Assembly (NCBI GenBank): GCA_964016885.1
Contig: OZ024741.1
Span: 316,262,001-316,326,000 of the forward strand
Source of the DNA: Eledone cirrhosa
Lineage: Eukaryota
Length of the DNA: 64,000 nucleotides
Direction: 5' to 3'
The position numbers and the translations under genes were made by a program. Below, piece after piece: positions 40,000-54,632 of this stretch. Each line of letters opens with the position of its first letter. Position 1 is the stretch's first letter. The notes beneath the pieces were generated by a model, which searched no databases, was not told the origin of the DNA, and saw only the letters and a program-made list of their open reading frames with translations.

Positions 40000-40150
40000 T
40001 CATCATCATCATCATCATCACTTTACGTCCGCTTTTCCCTGCTTGCAAGGGTGGGACGGGAACTGATTCTGGCTTGATTTCTACAGTTGGATGCCCTTCC
40101 TAAAACCAACCTCATTTACAGTGAGTGCTGGGTGCTTTTTTTTTGCCGTG
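40000..40150 (-). mobile_element. Short RTE-tail element (3'UTR fragment with (ATG)n tail)
   Basis: Shares the 3' end of the LINE at 33360-33530. A near-identical relative lies at 56880-57115, with further tail-only copies at about 20170, 31090, 35280, 35580, 49230, 50520, 51090, 51160, 58680, 60020 and 63755. Confidence 0.8.
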
Positions 40151-40199
40151 GCACCTCCACGACCACTTTGCAGTGGAATGATAGGGACCCCTATCATCT

Positions 40200-40340
40200 C
40201 ATTTCTACAGCTGAGTAAACTGGAGCAATGTGAAATAAAGTGTCTTGCTCAAGGAAACAACACATCACCCGATCTGAGAATTGAACTCACAACCTTTCGA
40301 TTGCAAGGCCAATGCTCTAACCACTAAGCCATGTGCCTCC
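40200..40340 (-). mobile_element. tRNA-derived SINE head and core
   Basis: Minus strand: ggaggcacatggcttagtggttagagcattgg...gtgagttcaattctcagatcggg...ccttgagcaagacactttatttcacattgctccagtttactcagctgt. A relative lies at 60705-60830. Confidence 0.75.
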
Positions 40341-40859
40341 ATCTTATATAAAATCATTTTGTTATATTCTAATTTAAATATGGGCTCTTTAAAATTGATA
40401 ATTTTGTTTCATAGGATCAGAGCAGGATTTTGCCAGGTTGATATCATAAGAGTTAGAAGAATGACAATTATTTAGGGACGCCTGCTGCATGAAAATTTAA
40501 TAGTAAAATGGATATAACCACCATACTACCACCAACAATAACACCACCACCACCCTAACACCAGTAACAACACAACCACTATCAACACCACACTATACAC
40601 CAGCAACAAACACCGACCACCACAAACACTAATACTAAAACCACCACCACCACCACAATAGCAACACCAACACCAGCAATAAAACAACCACTACAACAAA
40701 CATCAAAACTAACACCTCCACTACCACCACCACCACCACAACCACCACCAAACACCAACACTAACACCACCACCACAACAGCAACACTAACACCAGCAAC
40801 AACACAACCGCTACCACAAACATCAACACTAACACATCCACCACCACCACCGCACTAAC

Positions 40860-42880
40860 AACAGTAACAACACAACCATCACCCCAAACACCAACACCAC
40901 CACACCAGTAACAACACAACCATCACACCAAACACCAACACCACCAACAACACAACCATCACCCCAAACACCAACACCACCACACCAGTAACAACACAAC
41001 CATCACCCCAAACACCAACACCACCACACCAGCAACAACACAACCATCACCCCAAACACCAACACCACCACACCAGCAACAACACAGCCATCACCCCAAA
41101 CACCAACACCACCACACCAGTAACAACACAACCATCACCCCAAACACCAACACCACCACACCAGTAACAACACAACCATCACCCCAAACACCAACACCAC
41201 CACACCAGTAACAACACAACCATCACCCCAAACACCAACACCACCACACCAGTAACAACACAACCATCACCCCAAACACCAACACCACCACACCAGCAAC
41301 AACACAACCATCACCCCAAACACCAACACCACCACACCAGTAACAACACAACCATCACCCCAAACACCAACACCACCACACCAGCAACAACACAACCATC
41401 ACCCCAAACACCAACACCACCACACCAGCAACAACACAACCATCACCCCAAACACCAACACCACCACACCAGTAACAACACAACCATCACCCCAAACACC
41501 AACACCACCACACCAGCAACAACACAACCATCACCCCAAACACCAACACCACCACACCAGCAACAACACAACCATCACCCCAAACACCAACACCACCACA
41601 CCAGTAACAACACAACCATCACCCCAAACACCAACACCACCACACCAGTAACAACACAACCATCACCCCAAACACCAACACCACCACACCAGTAACAACA
41701 CAACCATCACCCCAAACACCAACACCACCACACCAGTAACAACACAACCATCACCCCAAACACCAACACCACCACACCAGTAACAACACAACCATCACCC
41801 CAAACACCAACACCACCACACCAGCCACAACACAACCATCACCCCAAACACCAACATCACCACACCAGTAACAACACAACCATCACCCCAAACACCAACA
41901 TCACCACACCAGCCACAACACAACCATCACCCCAAACACCAACATCACCACACCAGTAACAACACAACCATCACCCCAAACACCAACATCACCACACCAG
42001 CCACAACACAACCATCACCCCAAACACCAACACCACCACACCAGTAACAACACAACCATCACCCCAAACACCAACACCACCACACCAGTAACAACACAAC
42101 CATCACCCCAAACACCAACACCACCACACCAGCAACAACACAACCATCACCCCAAACACCAACACCACCACACCAGTAACAACACAACCATCACCCCAAA
42201 CACCAACACCACCACACCAGTAACAACACAACCATCACCCCAAACACCAACACCACCACACCAGCAACAACACAACCATCACCCCAAACACCAACACCAC
42301 CACACCAGTAACAACACAACCATCACCCCAAACACCAACACCACCACACCAGTAACAACACAACCATCACCCCAAACACCAACACCACCACACCAGCAAC
42401 AACACAACCATCACCCCAAACACCAACATCACCACACGAGTAACAACACAACCATCACCCCAAACACCAACACCACCACACCAGCCACAACACAACCATC
42501 ACCCCAAACACCAACATCACCACACGAGTAACAACACAACCATCACCCCAAACACCAACACCACCACACCAGTAACAACACAACCATCACCCCAAACACC
42601 AACACCACCACACCAGCAACAACACAACCATCACCCCAAACACCAACACCACCACACCAGCAACAACACAACCATCACCCCAAACACCAACACCACCACA
42701 CCAGTAACAACACAACCATCACCCCAAACACCAACACCACCACACCAGTAACAACACAACCATCACCCCAAACACCAACACCACCACACCAGCCACAACA
42801 CAACCACCACCCCAAACACCAACATCACCACATCAGCCACAACACAACCATCACCCCAAACACCAACACTACCACACCAT
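40860..42880. repeat. 44-bp minisatellite, about 45 highly similar copies
   Basis: caccaacaccaccacaccag(t/c)aacaacacaaccatcaccccaaa. Confidence 0.97.
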
Positions 42881-43221
42881 CAGTTACTGCCTGACAGTGT
42901 TGAAATAACACATGTAACATATTTGCAATGTTTAGTTTCTCCTTGTAACATTTTCAGTAAAATATAGCATTACTGTCCAACACCAACACCAACAGCACCA
43001 CTGTCACCACCACCTCACAGGGTGAGGGTGAAGTGGTGAGAGGTAGACAAAGTGGCCATGACATTATTTACAAAACATCAAGTCAGCTTTGAGATGTTAC
43101 ACAAATATCATACACTACAATGATCACTTCCACACCACACATATACATACACACACATATACACACATGCATCCAGATACACACACTCATACTCAAACAG
43201 GTACAAGTGCACATGTACACA

Positions 43222-43310
<89 letters not shown>

Positions 43311-43699
43311 ATATGTACACAAGTTGACAAGTGAATGAAGATAAATATCATCACCGCTACTACTACTATTGTTGCTGCCACTTCAAGAGTGGGATGTTTG
43401 CAGTGATAATCTTCCCCTAAACCTGGCCCACCCCTTTCTATCAACATTGTTACAACACTGACTCACCACCACCACCACCACCACCACCACCAAGATCAGT
43501 ACCCCACAATAACACCACCTCTAAGACCATTACTCCCACAACTACTGAGATCAGCACCACAACAACACCACCACTAAAACAATCACTGCATCAACAGCAT
43601 TTCTAACAACACTAACACCCTCACTACATCACTACATCACTGCCATTACAACACCAGCACCATTACAACACTAACACTACCCCACCGAAACAACCGGCA

Positions 43700-46600
43700 C
43701 TACTAACAACTTCACCAACACTCCCACCACAATACTACCACCACTACCAACAACTTCACCAACACTCCCACCACAATACTACCACCACTACCACTACCAA
43801 CAACTTCACCAACAATCCCACCACAATACTACCACCACTAAAACAACCACCACTACCAATAACTTCAACACTCCCACCACAATACTACCACCACTACCAA
43901 CAACTTCACCAACAATCCCACCACAATACTACCACCACTACCACTACCAACAACTTCACCAACACTCCCACCACAATACTACCACCACTAAAACAACCAC
44001 CACTACCAATAACTTCAACACTCCCACCACAATACAACCACCACTACCAACAACTTCACCAACAATCCCACCACAATACTACCACCACTACCACTACCAA
44101 CAACTTCACCAACACTCCCACCACAATACTACCACCACTACCACTACCAACAACTTCACCAACACTCCCACCACAATACTACCACCACAATACTACCACC
44201 ACTACCAACAACTTCACCAACACTCCCACCACAATACTACCACCACTACCAACAACTTCACCAACACTCCCACCACAATACTACCACCACTACCACTACC
44301 AACAACTTCACCAACAATCCCACCACAATACTACCACCACTACCACTACCAACAACTTCACCAACACTCCCACCACAATACTACCACCACTACCACTACC
44401 AACAACTTCACCAACACTCCCACCACAATACTACCACCACAATACTACCACCACTACCAACAACTTCACCAACACTCCCACCACAATACAACCACCACTA
44501 CTAACAACTTCACCAACACTCCCACCACAATACTACCACCACTACCAACAACTTCACCAACACTCCCACCACAATACAACCACCACTACTAACAACTTCA
44601 CCAACACTCCCACCACAATACTACCACCACTACCAACAACTTCACCAACACTCCCACCACAATACTACCACCACTACCAACAACTTCACCAACACTCCCA
44701 CCACAATACTACCACCACTACCAACAACTTCACCAACACTCCCACCACAATACTACCACCACTACCAACAACTTCACCAACACTCCCACCACAATACAAC
44801 CACCACTACTAACAACTTCACCAACACTCCCACCACAATACTACCACCACTACCACTACCAACAACTTCACCAACACTCCCACCACAATACTACCACCAC
44901 TACCAACAACTTCACCAACACTCCCACCACAATACTACAACCACTACCAACAACTTCACCAACACTCCCACCACAATACTACCACCACTACCAACAACTT
45001 CACCAACACTCCCACCACAATACTACCACCACTACTAACAACTTCACCAACACTCCCACCACAATACTACCACCACTAAAACAACCACCACTACCAACAA
45101 CTTCACCAACACGCCCACCACAATACTACCACCACTAAAACAACCACCACTACCAATAACTTCAACACTCCCACCACAATACTACCACCACTACTAACAA
45201 CTTCACCAACACTCCCACCACAATACTACCACCACTAAAACAACCACCACTACCAACAACTTCACCAACACTCCCACCACAATACTACCACCACTAAAAC
45301 AACCACCACTACCAATAACTTCACCAACACTCCCACCACAATACTACCACCACTAAAACAACCACCACTACCAATAACTTCAACACTCCCACCACAATAC
45401 TACCACCACTAAAACAACCACCACTACCAACAACTTCACCAACACTCCCACCACAATACTACCACCACTAAAACAACCACCACTACCAATAACTTCACCA
45501 ACACTCCCACCACAATACTACCACCACTAAAACAACCACCACTACCAATAACTTCGCCAACACTCCCACCACAATACTACCACCACTAAAACAACCACCA
45601 CTACCAATAACTTCAACACTCCCACCACAATACTACCACCACTAAAACAACCACCACTACCAACAACTTCACCAACACTCCCACCACAATACTACCACCA
45701 CTAAAACAACCACCACTACCAACAACTTCACCAACACTCCCACCACAATACTACCACCACTACCAACAACTTCACCAACACTCCCACCACAATACTACCA
45801 CCACTACCAACAACTTCACCAACACTCCCACCACAATACTACCACCACTAAAACAACCACCACTACTAACAACTTCACCAACACTCCCACCACAATACTA
45901 CCACCACTAAAACAACCACCACTACCAATAACTTCAACACTCCCACCACAATACTACCACCACTAAAACAACCACCACTACTAACAACTTCACCAACACT
46001 CCCACCACAATACTACCATCACTAAAACAACCACCACTACCAATAACTTCAACACTCCCACCACAATACTACCACCACTAAAACAACCACCACTACCAAC
46101 AACTTCACCAACACTCCCACCACAATACTACCACCACTAAAACAACCACCACTACCAATAACTTCAACACTCCCACCACAATACTACCACCACTAAAACA
46201 ACCACCACTACCAATAACTTCAACACTCCCACCACAATACTACCACCACTAAAACAACCACCACTACCAACAACTTCACCAACACTCCCACCACAATACT
46301 ACCACCACTAAAACAACCACCACTACCAATAACTTCAAAACTCCCACCACAATACTACCACCACTAAAACAACCACCACTACCAATAACTTCAACACTCC
46401 CACCACAATACTACCACCACTAAAACAACCACCACTACCAACAACTTCACCAACACTCCCACCACAATACTACCACCACTAAAACAACCACCACTACCAA
46501 TAACTTCAACACTCCCACCACAATACTACCACCACTAAAACAACCACCACTACCAACAACTTCACCAACACTCCCACCACAATACTACCACCACTAAAAC

Positions 46601-47590
46601 AACCACCACTACCAATAACTTCAACACTCCCACCACAATACTACCACCACTAAAACAACCACCACTACCAACAACTTCACCAACACTCCCACCACAATAC
46701 TACCACCACTAAAACACCACCACTACCAATAACTTCAACACTCCCACCACAATACTACCACCACTAAAACAACCACCACTACCAACAACTTCACCAACAC
46801 TCCCACCACAATACTACCACCACTACCAATAACTTCAACACTCCCACCACAATACTACCACCACTAAAACAACCACCACTACCAACAACTTCACCAACAC
46901 TCCCACCACAATACTACCACCACTAAAACAACCACCACTACCAATAACTTCAACACTCCCACCACAATACTACCACCACTAAAACAACCACCACTACCAA
47001 TAACTTCAACACTCCCACCACAATATTACCACCACTAAAACAACCACCACTACCAACAACTTCACCAACACTCCCACCACAATACTACCACCACTAAAAC
47101 AACCACCACTACCAATAACTTCAACACTCCCACCACAATACTACCACCACTAAAACAACCACCACTACCAACAACTTCACCAACACTCCCACCACAATAC
47201 TACCACCACTAAAACAACCACCACTACCAACAACTTCACCAACACTCCCACCACAATACTACCACCACTACCAACAACTTCACCAACACTCCCACCACAA
47301 TACTACCACCACTACCAACAACTTCACCAACACTCCCACCACAATACTACCACCACTACCAACAACTTCACCAACACTCCCACCACAATACTACCACCAC
47401 TAAAACAACCACCACTACCAATAACTTCAACACTCCCACCACAATACTACCACCACTAAAACAACCACCACTACCAATAACTTCAACACTCCCACCACAA
47501 TACTACCACCACTAAAACAACCACCACTACCAATAACTTCAACACTCCCACCACAATACTACCACCACTAAAACAACCACCACTACCAAG
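43700..47590. repeat. Variable-unit minisatellite (44/50/56/59 bp), about 3.9 kb, almost G-free on the + strand
   Basis: Core ttcaccaacactcccaccacaatactaccaccactaccaacaac, with optional accact or aaaacaaccaccact inserts and a 3-bp deletion variant. Confidence 0.97.
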
Positions 47591-48594
47591 ATTAATTTAA
47601 GTTGTTAAAATTTTGAAGTCGCTTAGTCACTTTTCTGGGTTAGTATCCGAGTGGAGAGGTGAGGTGGAGGGGATGATCTTGACACATACACCTAACATTT
47701 TCTACACACTGCTCTACACTACAACACAGCATGTTGAGCACTTAACAAAATGCTTACACACACACACACACACGTACATATGTGTATGCATCTGTATCTG
47801 TCTATTTACTGCTACTTAGCAATTGAACAAAGTGATCGATAAAATAAGTACCATATATATGTGTAAGTGTGCGTGTGCATGTGTGTGTGTGGAGATAAAG
47901 AGAGAAAGAAATAGAGAGAAGATGGAACAAGAAATAAAGAGAGATGAAATGAAAGAAGGAGAGATAAACCAGGACAGAAATTTGGTTTTAACATTCAACA
48001 AGTGAAAATACAGAGAATAGCAGAGGAAGGGCCAAGTGATTCTATTCACTATTTTTTCAGGAAAGGAAGTACCCATGGCCTTTTTCTGAGCTTATGAGAT
48101 GGGTGGAAGAGAAGAGTTTTAACCATAATCCTTTTAAAGGTATATGAGACTGTAGAAGGGAGAGAGAAACGTGTCCTCAAACTGGAGATGGGCTCTGCTA
48201 AAGGCAACCAAGGACCAGCAGTGTTTGAAACTACTAGCCAGTGTTACCCTGATAATTGCACATTATGAATGAATTGTGCAGCTAATGCTGTTAGTGGTGA
48301 GAAGGAGTCAATGGGAGTAATGCAGCAGAAAACAAGGAATTACAAAAAAGTGCAGAACAGATTACTATCCACACACCACCATAGAATAGAATAAACCACT
48401 GTTGCACCCACCATAGAATAGAACAAATCAGGTACACGCACAAATCCATCCACCATAAAATGGAATAAACCAGTTACATCCACCAAAGAATAGAATAAGC
48501 CACTGGGACACCCACTCACTCACATATTCAACATGAAATGGAATAAATCAAAATATGTGTATGCATGTATTATAGAATTTGCACACACATATGT

Positions 48595-48657
<63 letters not shown>

Positions 48658-48702
48658 TATACATGTATATATCTGTATATATATACATACATACAAATAT
48701 AT

Positions 48703-48745
<43 letters not shown>

Positions 48746-49693
48746 GAAGGAAATGTGGTAAGGAACCAGGTGGACCATAACGCACCAAAGTACTCAATAC
48801 TTGAGGTAGTAGAGTGGGTAATAGGAACCAGTAAGACCCCGACAGCTGAGCTCAAGCCGTTTCGACGGCTAATTCTGGACTGTCTACACACATCTATATA
48901 TATATATATATATCCATACATATATATATATAATATGTTTTATTACATTAACCATACATTATCTGAAAACATGTCTCACTAGGAGGATCTATGACTCTCC
49001 CAGGAGCTGGGAGAGTCACTAATCCTCCTAGCGAGACACACATCATCGGATAATGTATGGTTGAGGTAATAAAATATTTTATGTAACACAACTCGTCCTC
49101 TAGATTGAGTGGTCTACCTACTTGGATATTTATTATGAAATTCAACTACACTAAATATATATATGTATATATTGTATGTTTATCATCATCATTGTTCTTA
49201 CATCTGAGATATATATACATATATTTCATCATCATTACTACCATCATTGTTTAGCGTCAATATTTCCATGCCTGCATGGGTTAGACGGGTCATCCATACC
49301 GGGAGGCAAGTCTGACCAGAGTTGGCCACATCATACCCTTCCTCCGACGAGTAGTATAAAATTTGGTCGGGTTTTTACACCTGAATGCCCTTCCTAACAC
49401 CAGCCACATAAAATATATATATATATATCATCATTATCATTTAACGTCAGCTTTCCCTGCTAGCAAGGATTGGATGAGTTTACATAGATGAAGTTAATAC
49501 TGAAGCGGGGCCACTGATGTTCCAGACAGGCCGAGAAGGTCTCTATTATGCTTACGTACAGTAATTATTGAATGCAGAGGAGAAGTTATGCCTTTTGACA
49601 CAAACTGAAGGATACAACAACTTCTCTGCACTCTATACTATATATAATAGCCCTTGCTAGCGGGGAACGCGGACATTAAAACAACAATGATAA

Positions 49694-49751
<58 letters not shown>

Positions 49752-49769
49752 TAGATGTATGGTAGTAAA

Positions 49770-50118
49770 ACATCGGCTGTGGCTGCAAAGGATGTGTGTA
49801 GACTGGAGAGAAATGAAGCAACCTTGCTCCATTAGATGTGCAATGAAAATCTGAGAGAGAAGCAGAACTTGGACACGTTGAAGGAGAAGCTGGGTTTAAG
49901 AGAAATTAGGTGGTGTGCAGGAGAGAAGACTCCATTGGTTTAGACATGTGATGCACATGGACAATGATCGTTGGGTGAAAAAGTGCCAGGGAATGCTAGT
50001 TGAAAGAAGTCGTGGTAGTGGTAGACCAACAAAGGATCACGCCGTGTGGAGGGAGGCCATGCTGAGAAGGACCCATCCAACCCATGCAACCATGGAAAAG
50101 CACATGTAAAAACAATGA
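49770..50118 (+). mobile_element. RTE LINE 3'-terminal fragment
   Basis: RLERNEA..L..., QERRLHWFRHVMHMDNDRWVKKC...GSGRP, then the acccatgcaaccatggaaaag tail. Confidence 0.85.
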
Positions 50119-50317
50119 AAAAAAAAACGATATATATATACATATATATACACGCACTCAGATATTTTTACAAATGAAAGAAATAAGATTAACTATATGT
50201 AGAACAGACTTTGATGTCTACATTACAATGAGAGACACAAACCCACATTACAAACTGAAATATATACATACATGTGTATGTGTGTAGATATGTGCATATA
50301 TATATATATATATATAT

Positions 50318-50351
<34 letters not shown>

Positions 50352-51250
50352 TTATATTATATACATTAACACCATTGAATATAACTCCCATTCCTAGAAT
50401 GTTCTGACTAGATGTGGGTGTTGAGTAACTTGAGTAGGTGTCCTTGACATATCTTCCAATGTTCCACAGTTTTCTACAAGACACCATGTTAAGCACTTTA
50501 ACTACGTTTATATATACCATTTAACATCCATTTTTCCATGCTGGCATACACCCAGTTTAATACACACTCACAAACACTCATGTATCTTTTTTTTTTTTTC
50601 ACAATTGGTCTATAATGGAGAAGTTTGTCATAGGGCCCCAACAAAGCTGAGCCTAGTATTAGTTGGGAGAATTCCCTTAAAATGCTTCACAAATGAAAGA
50701 AAATTTAGCCATTTCAGTTACATATTTCTTTTGAAAGGCAATGCTTATCTATCAAAAAATAATCAAGATTTGGAGAGACTAACTTACTCATCATTAAGTT
50801 GGTGTTTAGAACCTAACAAAAGGTTCTTACATAAAATAATGATGGAAGGTTTTTAGATAAATATAAACATTTTAGAAGAAACGGTTTTGTATTGAAGAAC
50901 CTCAGGCAGTTTTGAATCAAAAGTTAAGATGCACTGTAGAGTTTAACTATTTATATGCAGCAAAAGCATGTATATATACATACATGTATGTATGTGTATT
51001 CACTGGCTTTTAGAATGTGTGTATTGTATCCCTCCATGTTGTAAGAGGCAACTATATGTGTAGGTTTTAGGAAAGGCAACTGTTTATAAAACCTGTCCAA
51101 CCCATGTCAGCATGGAAGAAATGATGTATGTATGTATGTATGTGCGTATGTATGTTTGTCATCATCATCTTCGTTTAACACCCATCTTCCATGCTAGCAT
51201 GGGTTAGACATTTGTATGTATGTATGTATGTATGTATATATATATGTATG

Positions 51251-51290
<40 letters not shown>

Positions 51291-51439
51291 TATATATGTA
51301 TGTATATATATATGTATGTATATGTATATATATGTATGTATGTATGTATGTATGCACGTATGTACATATATATGTATGTATGCACGTATATATGTCAGGT
51401 CACCACTTGGTGCTACTGGTAACATGTATCCCAGTACAA

Positions 51440-51675
51440 CCTGTCCCATGGTCGGGTCGTTGGCAACTAAAACTGGCAACCCCACCAAGGTTTCTTGGTG
51501 AGGAGGCTGACTTTGGACATCCTGCTGGACTAAAAACAAAACCTGTCAAAGGGCAAAGGAGCTCTTAAGAGTCAATGGCCATCCAAAATCACCGGGAGAG
51601 ATGACCCCTTAGCCTTTGTCAAGGCAGAATTCTAGGAGAAGGAAAACTCTGATATAACACCTGCAACCCTGATGG
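51440..51675 (+). mobile_element. Probable RTE LINE 5'UTR fragment
   Basis: 'ctaggagaaggaaaactctgat..aacacc' resembles a motif I recall from RTE 5'UTRs. No coding continuation follows. Confidence 0.45.
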
Positions 51676-52017
51676 TATCCAATGATGTTGACTTGTTCTT
51701 CTTTTTGGTAAATATCATCTTGGTTAAGAGAGTGGGACTGGCTTTGTGCAGTGCCTTTGCTCACTATAAAAGCTTCATGGCACAGACATTGCTTTGTATC
51801 TGGAGATCTCTCTGCACTTTTCGTCACATGGTACCATGGGTCCAGCATTATATGTCAATAATTGTGACAAGTGTTGTGTTTGTACCAGAGTTTTCAAGTC
51901 AATGGCTGGACTAAAAAGTCATACTTGTTCAGCGCATCGGTAGGGGTTCTCCTACATGGATATAAAGTAGTGGCCATACTCGAAAACGAGTTGGCAGCCA
52001 CCATGTATGTGCGTGTG

Positions 52018-52191
<174 letters not shown>

Positions 52192-52197
52192 AATATA

Positions 52198-52593
52198 TAC
52201 GAGGGCAATCCCAAAAGTATTGCAACTTCCGATATTGCAACTTTTCCGTTAAAATCCTGTGGATGGTGTTTCGGGAAACCTCAGGAACCAAAATGCAGAG
52301 AGCATCCAGAATGATCCGCCGATCTTTACACATGTTTTCCTCGGAAGGAGACCTTACTTTTAGGATTGCCCTCTATATAATAACTGCACGAAATTCGCAC
52401 TTGGCGGTACCGTTCAACGGGAGCTCCATTCTCAATGGCTGCCAAGCCAAGATTGAGCATCCCAGCGAAGCACGCGCATGCTTGTTTGGGAGTGAAGGAA
52501 GCACCAATCACAACAGTGTTGCCAACAGCCGTACGAACAGTTTCTCTGCGTCCCCATCGCTTTGGAGACCTTACTTTTGGGATTACCCTTGTA
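52198..52593 (-). mobile_element. Nested mariner remnants (three TIRs and transposase fragments)
   Basis: TIR TA-CGAGGGCAATCCCAAAAGTA at 52198, with complementary copies at 52347-52375 and 52564-52593. Peptides are MELPLNGTAKCEFRAVI and KDRRIILDAL...VSRNTIHRILTEKLQYRK. Confidence 0.85.
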
Positions 52594-52924
52594 TATATAT
52601 ATACATATATATACATACATACAACAACAAATGTTTTACGGTCATTTTCCCAGTTAAAGGAGGGCCTAGCCTTGCATGCCCCAGGATAACAAGGGATCCT
52701 TTTTGAGGTAACATTTAAAAGCTGGATGCTCTTTCTGGCAAAAACCATTTCTTACAACATCTAAATATATATATATATATATATTAATATATATATAGTC
52801 ACACACGCACATGCATACACATTCATGCATGTGCCAGTAAATATATATATATATCATAATGATAAGCAAATGATGATATGTTTATGTATGTTTTGCAATC
52901 ATGTGTTGAAACAGAGATATTGTT

Positions 52925-53230
52925 ATATTTGGGGATTGTCCTTTTGCCAATAAAAACACACACACACTATTGACTTTCACTTCAGCTTTATTATCTTTAG
53001 TTGTTGGTTAGATTATCAAAGCTCTTTTGTCACTCTATGAATATTTGCTCATCTTCTCTGTGTCTCCTCTTCTTTTGGGAGGAAGAAGAACAAAACGTCA
53101 CTGATGAGGTCACGGAATGTGTGACGAAAGAGCTTTGACAAAATAACCAATAACTATGGATAATGAAGCTGAAGTGAAAGTCAATTAGTGTGTGTGTTTT
53201 TTTGGTTATATGACCATCCCCAAATATTAA
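52925..53230. repeat. About 110-bp inverted repeat (Penelope pLTR-like foldback)
   Basis: 52925-53033 is the imperfect reverse complement of 53121-53230. Confidence 0.88.
53097..53139 (+). ncRNA. Minimal type I hammerhead ribozyme-like motif
   Basis: GTCA-CTGATGA-G-GTCAC ggaatgt GTGAC-GAAA-GAGC-TT-TGAC contains both core boxes, stem II and a 4-bp stem I. Confidence 0.6.
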
Positions 53231-53245
53231 AATAGTGATACCTAC

Positions 53246-53360
53246 CTTAATAAATGATTTAGCTTTAGTTAATAACCCTAATGTTGTATGCCGAGTACAG
53301 TCCTGACCGAGTGGCACAAGATCTTTCAAGTTTTCAAGACAATGACGTAAATGGGCTCGC
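53246..53360 (-). CDS. MXD1: Mad/Mxi (MXD-family) bHLH-Zip gene, helix-loop-helix exon (115 nt)
   Basis: Minus strand reads ttttgcag|G CGA GCC CAT...ATT AAG|gtaggt and translates (R)[38 protein letters not shown]. This closely matches the MXD1/MXI1 segment [38 protein letters not shown]. Phase is 2 in, 0 out. The symbol is family-level, because a paralogue-specific name cannot be assigned. Confidence 0.95.
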
Positions 53361-53804
53361 CTGCAAAATTAAAAATAATAAACAGTTACTAATGGCAACA
53401 GGAACAATGTCTATGTATTTTAATATATATATATATAGTATTCAATAGACAGATAATATGCTATTTCCACTCTTCTTCAAAGAACTTGACTATTGATTCT
53501 TAGCTAGAAATTATTATTATTCGAGTCAATGCTGGTGCTGTATTTATTAAGTCTGGTCAGTTGACCGTGCTGTACTTTGCTCAAATGGAACTGCATAGTT
53601 TCAAAGAGCAAAATTATTGATGCACAGACCTATCAATTGTAGTTTATGCAACTCCATATTATTAGCCTCAAAAGAGCACATCCATTCTGCTGCTTATCCT
53701 CAGAAATAATTTATGGAGTATTCACATCAACACTACATCAAGTTCTAATGTGGTTATAAATCCTACCTTGTTTAGGTAGACCACTGAGCGCATGCACGCG
53801 TGTA

Positions 53805-53858
<54 letters not shown>

Positions 53859-54188
53859 ACAGGCAATTGGATCACACAAAATATAATTATCTGGAAGAAA
53901 CAACTTTGCATTGTAGGACCAAGGGCAGTTTCATGCAGATTATTATTAAAAGTACTACCTTAAGAGCAAAGTAACACAAAAAAAAATTATGGACTGATGC
54001 AAATATATATATAATTAAGGACGTGTATTTTTTCTGCCAGTGGAATATTGAACAAATCATATATCATCTGAGAATACCGTTCTCATAACAACAACAAATG
54101 CATAAAGGACTTCTCGATTACATGGAGAACCGTGGAAATAATTATAATGATTAAACGATTTATGTAACCTCAGCATCTTATTTTGTTA

Positions 54189-54235
<47 letters not shown>

Positions 54236-54591
54236 AGCTTAATCAATAAAAACCTAAATGTGAAACTTTGTTTCACATTGAGTGGTAATATTGGTACCTT
54301 CCTCAGTAAACCACAAATCTACTAAATCATCTAATATATATATACATAGATATATATATACACACATGTATACACATTGACAATTTGTGATCTTGTACCA
54401 TTTTCTAATGTATAAAGAAATCATTATTATTGCTGTCAATATGGCCGTAATAGGTCTTGGCATATTTCTTATTTCCTGCTCACTGGCTCCTTTTGCTGTA
54501 AGTTCCTCTCCATTCTTCTCTCTCTCCATCTATGATTTTTTTCTTTCTCATCTTTCCCACTCACCCTACCTATCTATTTATTCCCTTCTCT

Positions 54592-54632
<41 letters not shown>

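Noticed and set aside
40860-47590. Mucin-like Thr/Pro-rich coding repeat
   Set aside because: Unit lengths are not multiples of 3, stop codons recur, and no long ORF is listed.
53030-53329. 99-aa ORF as a standalone gene
   Set aside because: Only 53329-53246 is MXD exon. The rest reads through the GT donor into a repeat.
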